Source: Chloroflexota bacterium
GTDB lineage: Bacteria; Chloroflexota; UBA6077; FW602-bin22
Reading direction: 5' to 3'
NCBI GenBank assembly: GCA_004297775.1
Contig: SCUE01000016.1
Span: 41,666 to 105,665, forward strand
DNA: 64,000 nucleotides
Shown here: piece after piece, positions 45,713 to 55,421 of the stretch
Position numbering within the stretch: the first letter of the stretch is position 1
How the letters are laid out: each line of letters starts with the position of its first letter
The notes under the pieces: generated by a model
The model's input: only the letters and a program-made list of their open reading frames with translations
Told to the model about the DNA's origin: nothing
The model's database searches: none
Translations under genes and position numbers: made by a program

Positions 45713-46633
45713 ATGGCGGGTGCCGAGATCGCGCGCGCGTACATCCTGCCTACCGCCCGGGTCGTTTCGCGCCGCCGCCTCGATCCAGGCCGCGTCGCGT
45801 ACTACGCGTTCCTCTCGCTATTGGCGGTCATCTTCGTATTCCCATTTGCCTGGGCCTTCCTCACGTCGGTCAAGTCCGATCAAGAGATCTTTCGCGAGGG
45901 ATTGGCACTGCCGAGTGTCTGGCGATTCGACAACTACCCCCGTGCGATCCAGTCATACAACCTGGTGCGCTACTTCCTGAACAGCCTGCTCGTGTCTGTG
46001 ATCGTCGCGGCGGCGCACCTGATCCTCGCGTCCACCGCTGGGTACGCCTTCGCGCGTCTGCATTTCCGTGGCCGCGACGCGCTCTTCGCACTGGTATTGG
46101 CGACGCTGATGGTCCCGTCGCAGGCGACGCTCGTGCCGCTCTTCATTCTGGTGAAGCATTGGCCGCTCCTGGGCGACAACGATATCCTCGGTCAGGGTGG
46201 CTTCGGCATGCTCGACAGCTACTGGGTCCTGACCGTGCCAATGTTCGCGACTGCCTACGGCACGTTCCTCCTGCGGCAGTTCTTTCTCGGGCTGCCGGGC
46301 GAGTTGGAGGACGCCGCGCGCATCGACGGTTCGTCCGAGTTCGGGATCTATTGGCGCATCGTCGTGCCGCTCTCCGGCCCGGCGATGGCCACGCTCGGAA
46401 TGTTTTCTTTCCAGAACATTTGGAACGACTTCGTCTGGCCGCTCGTGACGACGCGCTCTGATCTCATGAAGACGATCCAGGTCGGCCTCGCTCAGTTCAG
46501 GCGTGAAGGCACCACGGACTGGACGCTCCTGATGGCCGGCACGATGATCGCGACCATCCCGATTCTTGTCGTCTTCATCTTCGGGCAGCGCTTCTTCACA
46601 CGGGGCATCGCCCTGACGGGTCTGAAGGGCTAG
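45713..46633 (+). CDS. Carbohydrate ABC transporter permease
   Basis: Six TM helices. EAA loop LEDAARIDGSSEFGIYWRIVVPL. Confidence 0.85.
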   Translation: MAGAEIARAYILPTARVVSRRRLDPGRVAYYAFLSLLAVIFVFPFAWAFLTSVKSDQEIFREGLALPSVWRFDNYPRAIQSYNLVRYFLNSLLVSVIVAAAHLILASTAGYAFARLHFRGRDALFALVLATLMVPSQATLVPLFILVKHWPLLGDNDILGQGGFGMLDSYWVLTVPMFATAYGTFLLRQFFLGLPGELEDAARIDGSSEFGIYWRIVVPLSGPAMATLGMFSFQNIWNDFVWPLVTTRSDLMKTIQVGLAQFRREGTTDWTLLMAGTMIATIPILVVFIFGQRFFTRGIALTGLKG

Positions 46634-46637
46634 ACGT

Positions 46638-47750
46638 TCACCGCCGCGTCGGCAACCGCGCGAGCGACCCGCTACCTGGCGCGCCAAACGCGCCGCGCCT
46701 AGTCACGTAGAGGGCGCGGTCGCGACCGACGATGAGATCGGTCGGATAGTCGAGTCCGGTCCAGAGAGTGTCACGACGAGCGCCATCGATCCGCAGGACG
46801 CGACCGCTGCCAGCCGCGAAGCCAAACGGTTCCGTCGGATCGAACCGCGACGCGAACTCGAGAACGAGCATTCGGCCGGCGCGATCGAAGTCCAGGGCGA
46901 TTGGCAGGGTCAGATCCCGGACGACGACATCCGCTCGCCCTGCCGCGTCGAAGCGGACGACCCGGCCGGCGCCGCGGGCGTGTGGCTCAGGCGAGAAGAG
47001 CGCGACATACAGCGCGCCGTCCGGACCTCGCGCCAGACCGGTCGGCACCGGGTTCTCGATCGCCGTCCAGATGACGTGTTGCCGCACGGCGCCGTCGGGC
47101 GCGACCCGCCAGATCAGGTTCGCCGACGCGTCCGACACGTACAGCGCGCCATCGTCGGCCATCACCATGTCGAACGGGTTCGCAATCGTCGTGTCTCCAT
47201 CTGGCGCGCTCTGGGCCGCCAGCTTCAGGCTCGCCACCATCTCGACGCGGCCATCACGTCGGCGGACGAGCGTGCCCGACAGGGCATCGTGGCCGAGTCC
47301 TTGTAACCAGTAGAGCGCGTCCGCGTCGAGCCGTGCCGCCGCGGGTCCGACGATCTCGGTGGGAGTGTACGGATACGATGGCAGCCGATCGGCCAAGACC
47401 TCGATCGCGCCGCCGACAACGCGCGCGATCCGGCCATCGGCGTGACCCGTACCGGCTTCCACAATGACGAAGCCGTCGTCCAGCGGCGCGATCGCGCGCG
47501 GGTTCGTCAGTCCGGAAACGATCTCGGTCGGTCGCGGCACTGCCGTCCGGATCGCCAGCGCCATGGCGACGACCGCCATCAACACGGCCGCCGGCACGCT
47601 CGCGATTGTCACGACAATGCTCCGAAGGCCATCGCCTCTCTCATGTCTGACTCCCGCCACGTCTCGGTCGCGCCGTCCCGCCTGGAAATCGCGCGCGCCG
47701 GTCACATTCGTCGTGTCACCGGCCGTCCGGGAGCGTACTATCGCGCACAC
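46638..47750 (-). CDS. Membrane-anchored beta-propeller protein (NHL/SMP-30/ScyD-like repeats); start uncertain
   Basis: Repeated blocks PRAIAPLDDGFVIVEAG, PFDMVMADDGALYVSDA, PTGLARGPDGALYVAL, PIALDFDRAGRMLVLEF, PTDLIVGRDRALYVT. N-terminal hydrophobic anchor VPAAVLMAVVAMALAI. Confidence 0.65.
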   Translation of the reverse strand: MCAIVRSRTAGDTTNVTGARDFQAGRRDRDVAGVRHERGDGLRSIVVTIASVPAAVLMAVVAMALAIRTAVPRPTEIVSGLTNPRAIAPLDDGFVIVEAGTGHADGRIARVVGGAIEVLADRLPSYPYTPTEIVGPAAARLDADALYWLQGLGHDALSGTLVRRRDGRVEMVASLKLAAQSAPDGDTTIANPFDMVMADDGALYVSDASANLIWRVAPDGAVRQHVIWTAIENPVPTGLARGPDGALYVALFSPEPHARGAGRVVRFDAAGRADVVVRDLTLPIALDFDRAGRMLVLEFASRFDPTEPFGFAAGSGRVLRIDGARRDTLWTGLDYPTDLIVGRDRALYVTRRGAFGAPGSGSLARLPTRR

Positions 47751-47805
47751 GCGTCACCGTGCGCGCCGCTGGTCGCACGCATCTCATCATGCGCAGGGAG
47801 GCACC

Positions 47806-49203
47806 ATGAACGTCATTCTCGTTCTGCTCGACTCGCTTCGCGCCGACCACGTCGGCTGCTACGGCTACGGCCCGACGGCCGAGGGTTGGACCTGCCAGAC
47901 GCCGGCGATCGATCGGCTTGCGGGTGAGAGCATCCGGTTCACGCGCGCGTTTCCCGAGGCCCTGCCGACCATCCCCGTTCGTCGGGCCGTTCATACCGGA
48001 CGCCGCACCTATCCGTTCCGCGACTGGCGACCGCAAAAGGGCGACACCGTGCGCGCGTACGGATGGCAACGCATTCCGGAGGAGCACGTCACCCTCGCCG
48101 AAACGCTCCAAGCCAACGGCTACACGACCGCGTTCATCACCGATGCCTTCCACCAGTTCAAGCCATCCATGAACTTTCATCGCGGGTTCGACCACTGGCA
48201 GTGGATTCGCGGTCAGGAACGGGATCCGATCGGCCCGGCGGTCGCTGTATCCGACGCCGAGGTCGACCGACACATGACCGCGAAGATCACATCCGACGGC
48301 CTGCGGCAGCTTGTGCGCCAGTATCTCGCCAATGCCCGGTCGCGCCGTCACGAGGAGGATTTCCAGGCGCCGAAGGTGTTCACGGCCGCGATGCGGTGGG
48401 TCGAGCAGATTCGTGGCACCGGTCGGCCGTTCTTCCTGGCGGTCGACTCGTTCGATCCGCACGAGCCGTGGGATCCACCGGCCTACTACACGGACCTCTA
48501 CAACCCGGGGTACCAGGGCATCAGCGTCATCAATCCGCAGTACGGTCCCTCGGATTACCTGACCGCGGATGAGTTGCGTCAGATGCGCGCTCTGTACGCC
48601 GGCGAGGTCACCATGACCGATCGCTGGCTCGGGTACTTCATCGATCACGTCCGCGCGACCGGCCTGCTCGACGACACGATCCTAATCGTCACGTCCGACC
48701 ACGGTCACCAGCTAGGCGAGCACGGTCTCACCGGCAAGATCAGTTGGGGCATGCATCCCGAGCTCATGGACGTGCCGCTGATTGTGCGGATGCCTGGCGG
48801 CGCCAGCGCAAACACGACCTGCGACGGCTTCACTCAGACGCACGATTTTGCCCCGACGATCCTCGGCGGCCTCGGTCTCACGCCGGCCGAGGCGATGGAG
48901 GGCATCGATGTTCTCGCCATGGCCCGTGGCGCCGCGCCACGCCGCGAGTACGTCACCTGCGGCTTCAACAACTACGTCTGGTGCCGCGACAACCGGTGGG
49001 TCTACATCGCCCGCAATGACGGTGGCGAGGCCACATTGTTCGACATCGTCGCCGACCCGGATCATCGTCACGACGTTGCGTCCGGCGAGCCGGAGGTCGT
49101 TGCCGACATGCGCCGCCGTGTCGTCCAGGATGCTGGTGGCGAGCCGCTTCCGGTCTATGACCAACAGTCGATGATGGCTCGGGAGTGGTATCGGCTGCCG
49201 TGA
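47806..49203 (+). CDS. Sulfatase-fold (alkaline phosphatase superfamily) hydrolase with Thr at the nucleophile position
   Basis: ATG at 47806 after GGGAGG. NVILVLLDSLRADHVGCYGYG (metal-binding Asp block), then ALPTIPVRRAVHTGRR where classical sulfatases have C/S-x-P-x-R...TGR. TSDHGHQLGEHG. Confidence 0.8.
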   Translation: MNVILVLLDSLRADHVGCYGYGPTAEGWTCQTPAIDRLAGESIRFTRAFPEALPTIPVRRAVHTGRRTYPFRDWRPQKGDTVRAYGWQRIPEEHVTLAETLQANGYTTAFITDAFHQFKPSMNFHRGFDHWQWIRGQERDPIGPAVAVSDAEVDRHMTAKITSDGLRQLVRQYLANARSRRHEEDFQAPKVFTAAMRWVEQIRGTGRPFFLAVDSFDPHEPWDPPAYYTDLYNPGYQGISVINPQYGPSDYLTADELRQMRALYAGEVTMTDRWLGYFIDHVRATGLLDDTILIVTSDHGHQLGEHGLTGKISWGMHPELMDVPLIVRMPGGASANTTCDGFTQTHDFAPTILGGLGLTPAEAMEGIDVLAMARGAAPRREYVTCGFNNYVWCRDNRWVYIARNDGGEATLFDIVADPDHRHDVASGEPEVVADMRRRVVQDAGGEPLPVYDQQSMMAREWYRLP

Positions 49204-49268
49204 TCAGCGATCGCGGCCACTGTGCCGATCGATAATCATGATGCCGTCGCATCGTTCTCGATGGTACT

Positions 49269-49568
49269 GTGAGGTCGATGAGAACCACGATCACGCTCGA
49301 TGTGGATGTCGCGGCCATGCTTGCGCGCGTGCAGCGCGACCGGGAGATCGGCAAGAAAGCCGCGGTCAATGAAGCGCTGCGGCTTGGCCGGCGTGAGATG
49401 GCCAGGCCAGCTTCGCCGCGCGTGCCGTTTCGCACGAAGCCGATGCCGGTCGGTCGTCTGCTGGTTGATAGCGTGGACAACCCGATTGGATCCCGCAACC
49501 GACCGACCGGCACCGCATTGTCCTGGGTAATCTCTTGCGCGGGCAATCGCTCCACGCGAACCTGGTAA
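49269..49568 (+). CDS. VapB-like antitoxin with an aberrant C-terminus
   Basis: MRTTITLDVDVAAMLARVQRDREIGKKAAVNEALRLG... (likely ATG at 49278). The C-terminal about 25 residues look non-native because the frame runs into the toxin remnant. Confidence 0.55.
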   Translation: MRSMRTTITLDVDVAAMLARVQRDREIGKKAAVNEALRLGRREMARPASPRVPFRTKPMPVGRLLVDSVDNPIGSRNRPTGTALSWVISCAGNRSTRTW

Positions 49569-49684
49569 ACGACGCTCATCTGGCCGCGCTGGCCATCGAA
49601 CACGGCCTCACCCTTTGCTCTGCCGTTCGCGACTTCGCGCGGTTTAGCGGCCTGCGATGGGAGAACCCGCTCGCACGGAACTGA
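49472..49684 (+). pseudogene. VapC (PIN) toxin remnant: C-terminal about 65 codons only
   Basis: The third frame reads ...PDWIPQPTDRHRIVLGNLLRGQSLHANLVNDAHLAALAIEHGLTLCSAVRDFARFSGLRWENPLARN*. This matches the C-terminal half of VapC-family toxins. The N-terminal half with the catalytic DxN(V/I)L Asp is absent, and there is no start codon. Confidence 0.6.
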
Positions 49685-49769
49685 GCACCTCGTTGGCGAA
49701 CCGACTGCGCCCGGCACGTCGCGCCCGCCCCTGCCTTGCTATCCTCAGCCCAGTTCGGAGGTATGTGAC

Positions 49770-50906
49770 GTGGCAAGCGGAGGCGATGTTCCCGGTCTCA
49801 TTCGCGGTCTCGAAGGCATCATCGCCGCGCCGACCGCCATCTGCGAACTCGACGGTATCAACGGCCGCCTCCTGTACGGCGGCTACGATATTGCCGATCT
49901 GGCCGAGCACGCGACCTTTGAAGACGTCGTCTACCTCCTCTGGAATGGCGAGCTACCGACGGCAGACCAACGCGCCGCGCTCTCCGGCAGCCTGGCCGAC
50001 CAGCGCGCGATCCCGGATCAACTCGTTCAATCCCTGCGCCTCTACCCGCGCGGCGCAAACTCGATGGCCGCGCTCCGGGCCGCGATCGCGCAGCTAGGCC
50101 TCTACGACGCCGAATCCGAGTCGATCGATACCGTGGCGCTCCGTCGCATCGGGATGCGACTCACCGCCCAACTGCCGACGATCGTTGCCGCGAATCAGCG
50201 AATCCAGGAGGGCCGCGACCCCATCTCGCCGCGCCGCGACCTCGGGCACGCGGCCAACTTCCTTTATATGCTCTCTGGTCGCGAGCCGAGCGAGGGCGAC
50301 GCCCGAGCGCTCGACGTCAGTCTGATCCTGTACGCCGAACACGAGATGAATGCTTCCAGCTTCGCCGCGCGGGTGGCCGCGTCGACGCTGTCCGACATCT
50401 ACTCGGCGGTCACGGCTGGCGTCGCAACGATCAAGGGCCCGCTCCACGGCGGCGCCGGTGAAGCCGTCATGCGCACGCTCGAGGAGATCGGCACCGTCGA
50501 AAACGTCGAGCCGTTTGCGACCGCCGCGTTGGCCGCGAAGCGCCGCTTTATGGGCTTCGGGCACCGCGTCTATAAGAATGGGGATCCTCGGGCGGTCATA
50601 CTGCGCGCGATGGCCGACGAGGCGACGCAGCGCACCGGCGATCGCAAGTGGTTCGATATGTCGGTCGCGCTGCACGGCGTCGTCTACCGCGAGAAGAAAC
50701 TGCACCCGAACGTCGACTTCTACTCGGCGAGCCTCTTCGCCGCGCTCGGCATCCCGGCCGAACTGAACGTTCCCATCATCACGATCGCCCGGATCGCCGG
50801 CTGGACAGCCCAGCTCTTCGAGCAGTACGCGGACAATCGGATCTTCCGACCGCGGGCCGCTTACGTCGGCCCAGCGCCGCGCGCGTTTCCGCGTCGGGGT
50901 CAGTAA
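49770..50906 (+). CDS. Citrate synthase / 2-methylcitrate synthase family
   Basis: GLEGIIAAPTAICELDG, EHEMNASSF, GPLHGGAGE, MGFGHRVYKNGDPR. Confidence 0.9.
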   Translation: MASGGDVPGLIRGLEGIIAAPTAICELDGINGRLLYGGYDIADLAEHATFEDVVYLLWNGELPTADQRAALSGSLADQRAIPDQLVQSLRLYPRGANSMAALRAAIAQLGLYDAESESIDTVALRRIGMRLTAQLPTIVAANQRIQEGRDPISPRRDLGHAANFLYMLSGREPSEGDARALDVSLILYAEHEMNASSFAARVAASTLSDIYSAVTAGVATIKGPLHGGAGEAVMRTLEEIGTVENVEPFATAALAAKRRFMGFGHRVYKNGDPRAVILRAMADEATQRTGDRKWFDMSVALHGVVYREKKLHPNVDFYSASLFAALGIPAELNVPIITIARIAGWTAQLFEQYADNRIFRPRAAYVGPAPRAFPRRGQ

Positions 50907-52843
50907 TGGTCGCGGCCCGTTCCCTTGTCGCGCGGTTGATCGACGATCATCTCGTCGAGGGCGGCTCGGCCCCCGGTGACGAGATCGCGATCACGGTCGA
51001 CCAGATCCTCCACCAGGACGCGACCGGCGCGATGTCGTTCCTCCAGTTCGAGGCGATGGGCCTCGATCGCGTCCGCCCGCGCATCGTCGTCCAGTACGCC
51101 GACCACCAGTCACTCCAGAACGACAGCCGGCACGCCGACGATCACAAGTTCCTCGAAAGCGCCTGCCGCAAGTTCGGCGCCTACTACGCCAAGCCCGGCG
51201 TTGGCATCTGCCACATCGTTCACCTCGAGCAGTTCTCGCGTCCCGGCGAATCCATCCTCGGGAGCGACAGCCACACGCCCCACCTCGGCGCGGTCGCGAT
51301 GCTCGCGCTCGGCGCCGGTGGAATGGACGTGGCCGTGTCGATGGGCGGCGGGCCGTACGTTTTGTCGCGCCCGGCCATCACGCGCGTCGAGTTGACCGGC
51401 CGCCTGCGCCCCTGGTCGACCGCCAAGGACGTCATCCTCGAACTGCTGCGACGGCTGACCGTCAAGGGCGGCATCGGTCGCGCCTTCGAGTATGCCGGGT
51501 CCGGCGTCGCGACGCTAACCGTCCCCGAGCGCGCCACGATCGCGAACATGGGCACCGAGCTCGGTCTCACCTTCAGCGCGTTTCCGAGCGACGAACAGAC
51601 GCGCGACTACTTTCGCCGACTTGGTCGCGAGGACGAGTGGCGTCCGCTCGCGGCCGAGGGCGACGCGACCTACGACGACAATCTCACGATCGACCTCGAC
51701 GCGATCGAGCCGCTCGTCGCGAAGCCCGGCCAGCCCGACTCGGTCGTGCCCATTGGCGAGGTCGCCGGGACCGCCATACAGCAGGTCATCGTCGGCTCAT
51801 GCACCAACGGCTCCTACCACGATATCGCCGCCGTGGCGCGCATCGTTGCCGGCAAGACCGTCCACCCGACCGTTTCTTGCGCGATCTTCCCGGGCAGCAT
51901 GCAGACGTCGGTTCAGCTGGCTCGCGGCCCCCACCTGAGCGAACTGCTCGAGGCCGGCGTGGTCGTTTCGACGCCGACCTGCGGCGCCTGCCCCGGGTAC
52001 GTCCACGTCCCATCGGCTGGCACGGTCAGCTTGCGGACGTTCAATCGCAACTTCAACGGACGGAGCGGGCTGCCGGGTGATCGGGTCTATCTCGCCAGTC
52101 CCGAGATCGCCGCCGTCGCGGCTCTCCACGGCGCAATCGTCGATCCGCGCGCGCTTGGGATTCCGGCGCCGGTCGTTGAGTTGCCCGAGCGAATCGAGCG
52201 CGACCGGACGATGATCGTGCCGCCCGATCCGGACGGCGGCGCGACCGAGCTCTGGAAGGGTCCGAGTTTCGCGCCGGTGCCGCTTGGCGAGCCGTTCGGT
52301 GAGCGGCTCGATGCGACTGTCACCATCAAGCTCGGCGACAAGATCTCGACCGACGACATCACGCCGGCCGGGGCTGAGGCGATCACGTTTCGCACAAATG
52401 GACCGAAGCTCGCCGAGTACGTGTTCCGGCGCCGCGACCCGGACTTCGTCGCGCGGGCGAAGGCGGCCGGGGTCAGCGTCATCGTCGGCGGCGAAGCGTA
52501 CGGGCAGGGCTCGTCGCGCGAGCACGCCGCGATCGCGCCGATGCACCTTGGCGTCCGGGCCGTCCTCGTCAAGAGTCTGGCTCGCATTCACCGCGCCAAT
52601 CTCGTTAACTGGGGCATTCTGCCCCTCGAATTCGTCGACCCGACCGATTATGACCGGGTCGAGCAGGGCGATCGACTGGTCGCCGACGAGCCGGGTCGTC
52701 AGCTCGCCGAGTCGTCCCGTGTCGCGTTCGTCGACCAGCGCACCGGCGACACGATCGTCGGCCAGACTCGTCTGACCGATCGCGAGCGCGGGATCGTCCT
52801 GGCCGGCGGCTTGCTCGCCTACACGCGGTCGCGCGTTCTATGA
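50906..52843 (+). CDS. Aconitase-family hydratase (about 645 aa)
   Basis: TAATG overlap with the synthase stop. ILHQDATG, GSDSHTPHLG, VGSCTNGS (Fe-S Cys region), GQGSSREHAAIAP, ARIHRANLVNWGILPLEF (swivel domain). Confidence 0.85.
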   Translation: MVAARSLVARLIDDHLVEGGSAPGDEIAITVDQILHQDATGAMSFLQFEAMGLDRVRPRIVVQYADHQSLQNDSRHADDHKFLESACRKFGAYYAKPGVGICHIVHLEQFSRPGESILGSDSHTPHLGAVAMLALGAGGMDVAVSMGGGPYVLSRPAITRVELTGRLRPWSTAKDVILELLRRLTVKGGIGRAFEYAGSGVATLTVPERATIANMGTELGLTFSAFPSDEQTRDYFRRLGREDEWRPLAAEGDATYDDNLTIDLDAIEPLVAKPGQPDSVVPIGEVAGTAIQQVIVGSCTNGSYHDIAAVARIVAGKTVHPTVSCAIFPGSMQTSVQLARGPHLSELLEAGVVVSTPTCGACPGYVHVPSAGTVSLRTFNRNFNGRSGLPGDRVYLASPEIAAVAALHGAIVDPRALGIPAPVVELPERIERDRTMIVPPDPDGGATELWKGPSFAPVPLGEPFGERLDATVTIKLGDKISTDDITPAGAEAITFRTNGPKLAEYVFRRRDPDFVARAKAAGVSVIVGGEAYGQGSSREHAAIAPMHLGVRAVLVKSLARIHRANLVNWGILPLEFVDPTDYDRVEQGDRLVADEPGRQLAESSRVAFVDQRTGDTIVGQTRLTDRERGIVLAGGLLAYTRSRVL

Positions 52844-54027
52844 GCCAGGCACGGATCCCGGCCGTGTTCATGCGCGGCGGGACGAGCCGCGCGATCTTCT
52901 TTCGCAACTCCGATCTGCCGACCGATCCGGCCGCGCGCGATCGTCTCTTTCTGGCCGCTCTCGGTGGACCCGATCCGTATGGCCGCCAGCTCGACGGTCT
53001 CGGTGGCGGAAGTTCCTCGACCAGCAAGATCGCCATCATCGGGCCGGGCACGGAGCCAGGAGTCGACGTCAACTTCACGTTCGCCCAGGTCGATGTCGGC
53101 TCGCCGCGCGTCGATTACAAGGGCAACTGCGGCAACATCTCCTCGGCGGTCGGCCCGTACGCGATCGAGGAGGGCCTCGCCCGCGGCCCGAGCGTCACGA
53201 TTTTCAACACCAACACGAAGAAACGCATTCTCGCCCTGGTGCCGATGGACGGCGATCAGCCGGCCACGCGTGGCAACTTCGAACTGCCCGGCGTGCCAGG
53301 TCACGGCGCGCGCATCGCACTCGATTTCCAGGACCCAGGTGGCGCCGTCACCGGCCGTCTCCTCCCGACCGGCACCCCGCGCGACCGGTTGGACGTGCCC
53401 GGTCTCGGGCCGATCGACGCGTCGCTGATCGACGCGACCAACCCGATGGTGTTCGTCCGCGCGGCGGACCTCGGCCTGACCGGCGTCGAATCGCCGGAGG
53501 CGCTCGACCGCGACCGGGAACTGGCCGGGCGGATCGAGGCGATCCGCGCCGCGGGTGCCGTCGCGATGGGCATCGCGCCCTCGATCGTGGCCGCGACCGA
53601 GAGGAGCCCGGCCGTGCCGAAGGTCGCGATGGTCGCGCCGCCGCGTGATTACCGCGATATCGCCGGTTCGCCGATTCGCGCCGACGAGGTCGATCTGACC
53701 GTGCTGGTGGTGTCGATGGGGAAGATTCATCGCGCGGTTGCGCTGACGGCTGCGATGTGCCTGGCGGTCGCCGCGCGCGTTCCGGGGAGCATCCCAGCCG
53801 AGGCCGCCGCCGGTCTCGCGCCGGGCGCCGACGTGCGGATCGGACATCCTTCTGGCGTGTTGCCGCTGGCCGCGACGGTCGTGGACGGCCGCGCCGAAAA
53901 CGTGCGCGTCTATCGCACGGCGCGTCGGCTGATGGAAGGCTTCGTACGCGTCCCGGCCGAGGTGCTGACCGATCCCAACGCGCTGGCGGATCGCGTCGGC
54001 GGCGTGGCGAGGACGGTCGCCGAGTAG
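52840..54027 (+). CDS. PrpF-family isomerase (2-methylaconitate cis-trans isomerase / related tautomerase)
   Basis: IPAVFMRGGTSRAIFF, GGGSSSTSKIAII, YKGNCGNISSAVGPYA are PrpF/DapF-fold blocks. ATGA overlap with the aconitase gene. Confidence 0.8.
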   Translation: MSQARIPAVFMRGGTSRAIFFRNSDLPTDPAARDRLFLAALGGPDPYGRQLDGLGGGSSSTSKIAIIGPGTEPGVDVNFTFAQVDVGSPRVDYKGNCGNISSAVGPYAIEEGLARGPSVTIFNTNTKKRILALVPMDGDQPATRGNFELPGVPGHGARIALDFQDPGGAVTGRLLPTGTPRDRLDVPGLGPIDASLIDATNPMVFVRAADLGLTGVESPEALDRDRELAGRIEAIRAAGAVAMGIAPSIVAATERSPAVPKVAMVAPPRDYRDIAGSPIRADEVDLTVLVVSMGKIHRAVALTAAMCLAVAARVPGSIPAEAAAGLAPGADVRIGHPSGVLPLAATVVDGRAENVRVYRTARRLMEGFVRVPAEVLTDPNALADRVGGVARTVAE

Positions 54028-54107
54028 CTGGGCAATGCGCCTGTTCTACCGCATCCTCGACGACGACCAGCTTTAGCGCGGGAACTCCCCTTCGCTAGAC
54101 TTGACCT

Positions 54108-54419
54108 ATGGTCTACGAGATCTGGCGTAATGGCTCGTGGAGCCTCTCGGGTGCGTTCGCAACGCGCGATGAAGCGCTCGCCGCGCTGCGCGCTTCGATC
54201 GCGACGCAGGAGCCAGAACTCGTCCGGGGTTGTACGCTGGCGCTCGTGGACAGCCGCGGCCGACGCCGTACCGTCGCCGAGGGACAGCAACTCGTTGACC
54301 AGGCGCTGGCCTACCATCACGGCGGGCGCAGCCATACGATGCCTCTCCAGGTCCAGCCACGCGGCCGCCCGATCTCTCCCGGTAAACGGCCCGCGCCGAT
54401 GGCCTCCAAGTGCACCTGA
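54108..54419 (+). CDS. Hypothetical protein upstream of the methyltransferase
   Basis: 103-aa ORF with strong GC3 bias. No recognisable domain and no clear Shine-Dalgarno sequence. Confidence 0.35.
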   Translation: MVYEIWRNGSWSLSGAFATRDEALAALRASIATQEPELVRGCTLALVDSRGRRRTVAEGQQLVDQALAYHHGGRSHTMPLQVQPRGRPISPGKRPAPMASKCT

Positions 54420-54484
54420 TTACCACGCAGCCCGACCTCCTAACGTCTGCGCAGCGTGTTCAGGTCCTGGGTCCTGAGGACGGC

Positions 54485-55345
54485 GTGGAGTCAATCAAAT
54501 GTCTATTCGAGGTCGGCGCGACCGACTCTGCGCTCATCACCGGCGACAGCCGGCATGTGCTCAGGCAGATCCCATCGGGCGCCTTTCAGACCTGCATCAC
54601 CTCGCCTCCGTACTGGTCGCTGCGCGACTACAACATCGCCGGCCAGATTGGGCTGGAGATGTCAGTCGCCGCCTACTTGGAGAGTCTGGTCGAGGTGTTC
54701 GAGGAAGTGCGCCGCGTTCTGCGGGACGATGGCACCTTGTGGCTGAACATCGGTGACTCATACACCTCCGGCGGCCGAACTTGGCGCGCGCCCGACAAGA
54801 AGAACGCTATCCGCGCTATGGACGTTAGGCCGCCGACGCCAGAAGGATTGAAGCCGAAGGATTTGATCGGCGTGCCATGGCGCCTGGCTTTCGCGCTGCA
54901 GGAGGCGGGCTGGTACCTCCGGGCGGATTTGATCTGGAACAAGCCCAATTGCCAGCCCGAAAGTGTCAAGGACCGACCAACGCGCAGCCACGAGTATGTG
55001 TTCCTGCTGACCAAGAGCGAGCGGTACCACTACGATCACGCGGCGGCACGCGGTCCGAACGGCCGGAACTTCCGGACAGTCGTGGAGCCCGGCCAAAGCG
55101 TCTGGGACATCAATACGCAAGCGTACCGAGAGGCACACTTCGCGACCTTCCCGCCGGCCTTGGTCAAGCCATGCATCACGCTGGGGAGCCGTCCTGGCGA
55201 CCTAGTGCTGGACCCCTTCATTGGTTCGGGAACGACCGGGGTGGTGGCGCTTGGGCTCGAACGGCGTTTCGTCGGCATTGAGCTCAACGCTGACTACGTC
55301 CGGATTGCCGAAAACCGCCTGAACGGCTCCCTCGCCCGTGAATGA
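54485..55345 (+). CDS. Type II DNA methyltransferase, beta-class amino-methyltransferase (SPPY type, probably N4-cytosine)
   Basis: [13 protein letters not shown] (motif IV, SPPY) precedes [11 protein letters not shown] (motif I), which is the beta-class order. GTG at 54485 follows GAGGA. A longer GTG start at 54410 is also open. Confidence 0.85.
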   Translation: MESIKCLFEVGATDSALITGDSRHVLRQIPSGAFQTCITSPPYWSLRDYNIAGQIGLEMSVAAYLESLVEVFEEVRRVLRDDGTLWLNIGDSYTSGGRTWRAPDKKNAIRAMDVRPPTPEGLKPKDLIGVPWRLAFALQEAGWYLRADLIWNKPNCQPESVKDRPTRSHEYVFLLTKSERYHYDHAAARGPNGRNFRTVVEPGQSVWDINTQAYREAHFATFPPALVKPCITLGSRPGDLVLDPFIGSGTTGVVALGLERRFVGIELNADYVRIAENRLNGSLARE

Positions 55346-55421
55346 GGCCACGGCCCGGGCGGTCAACGCGGCGCGCCAGGTGAAGAACCACTAAGCTCTG
55401 ATCGGAGCGCGCGAGCGCTGG

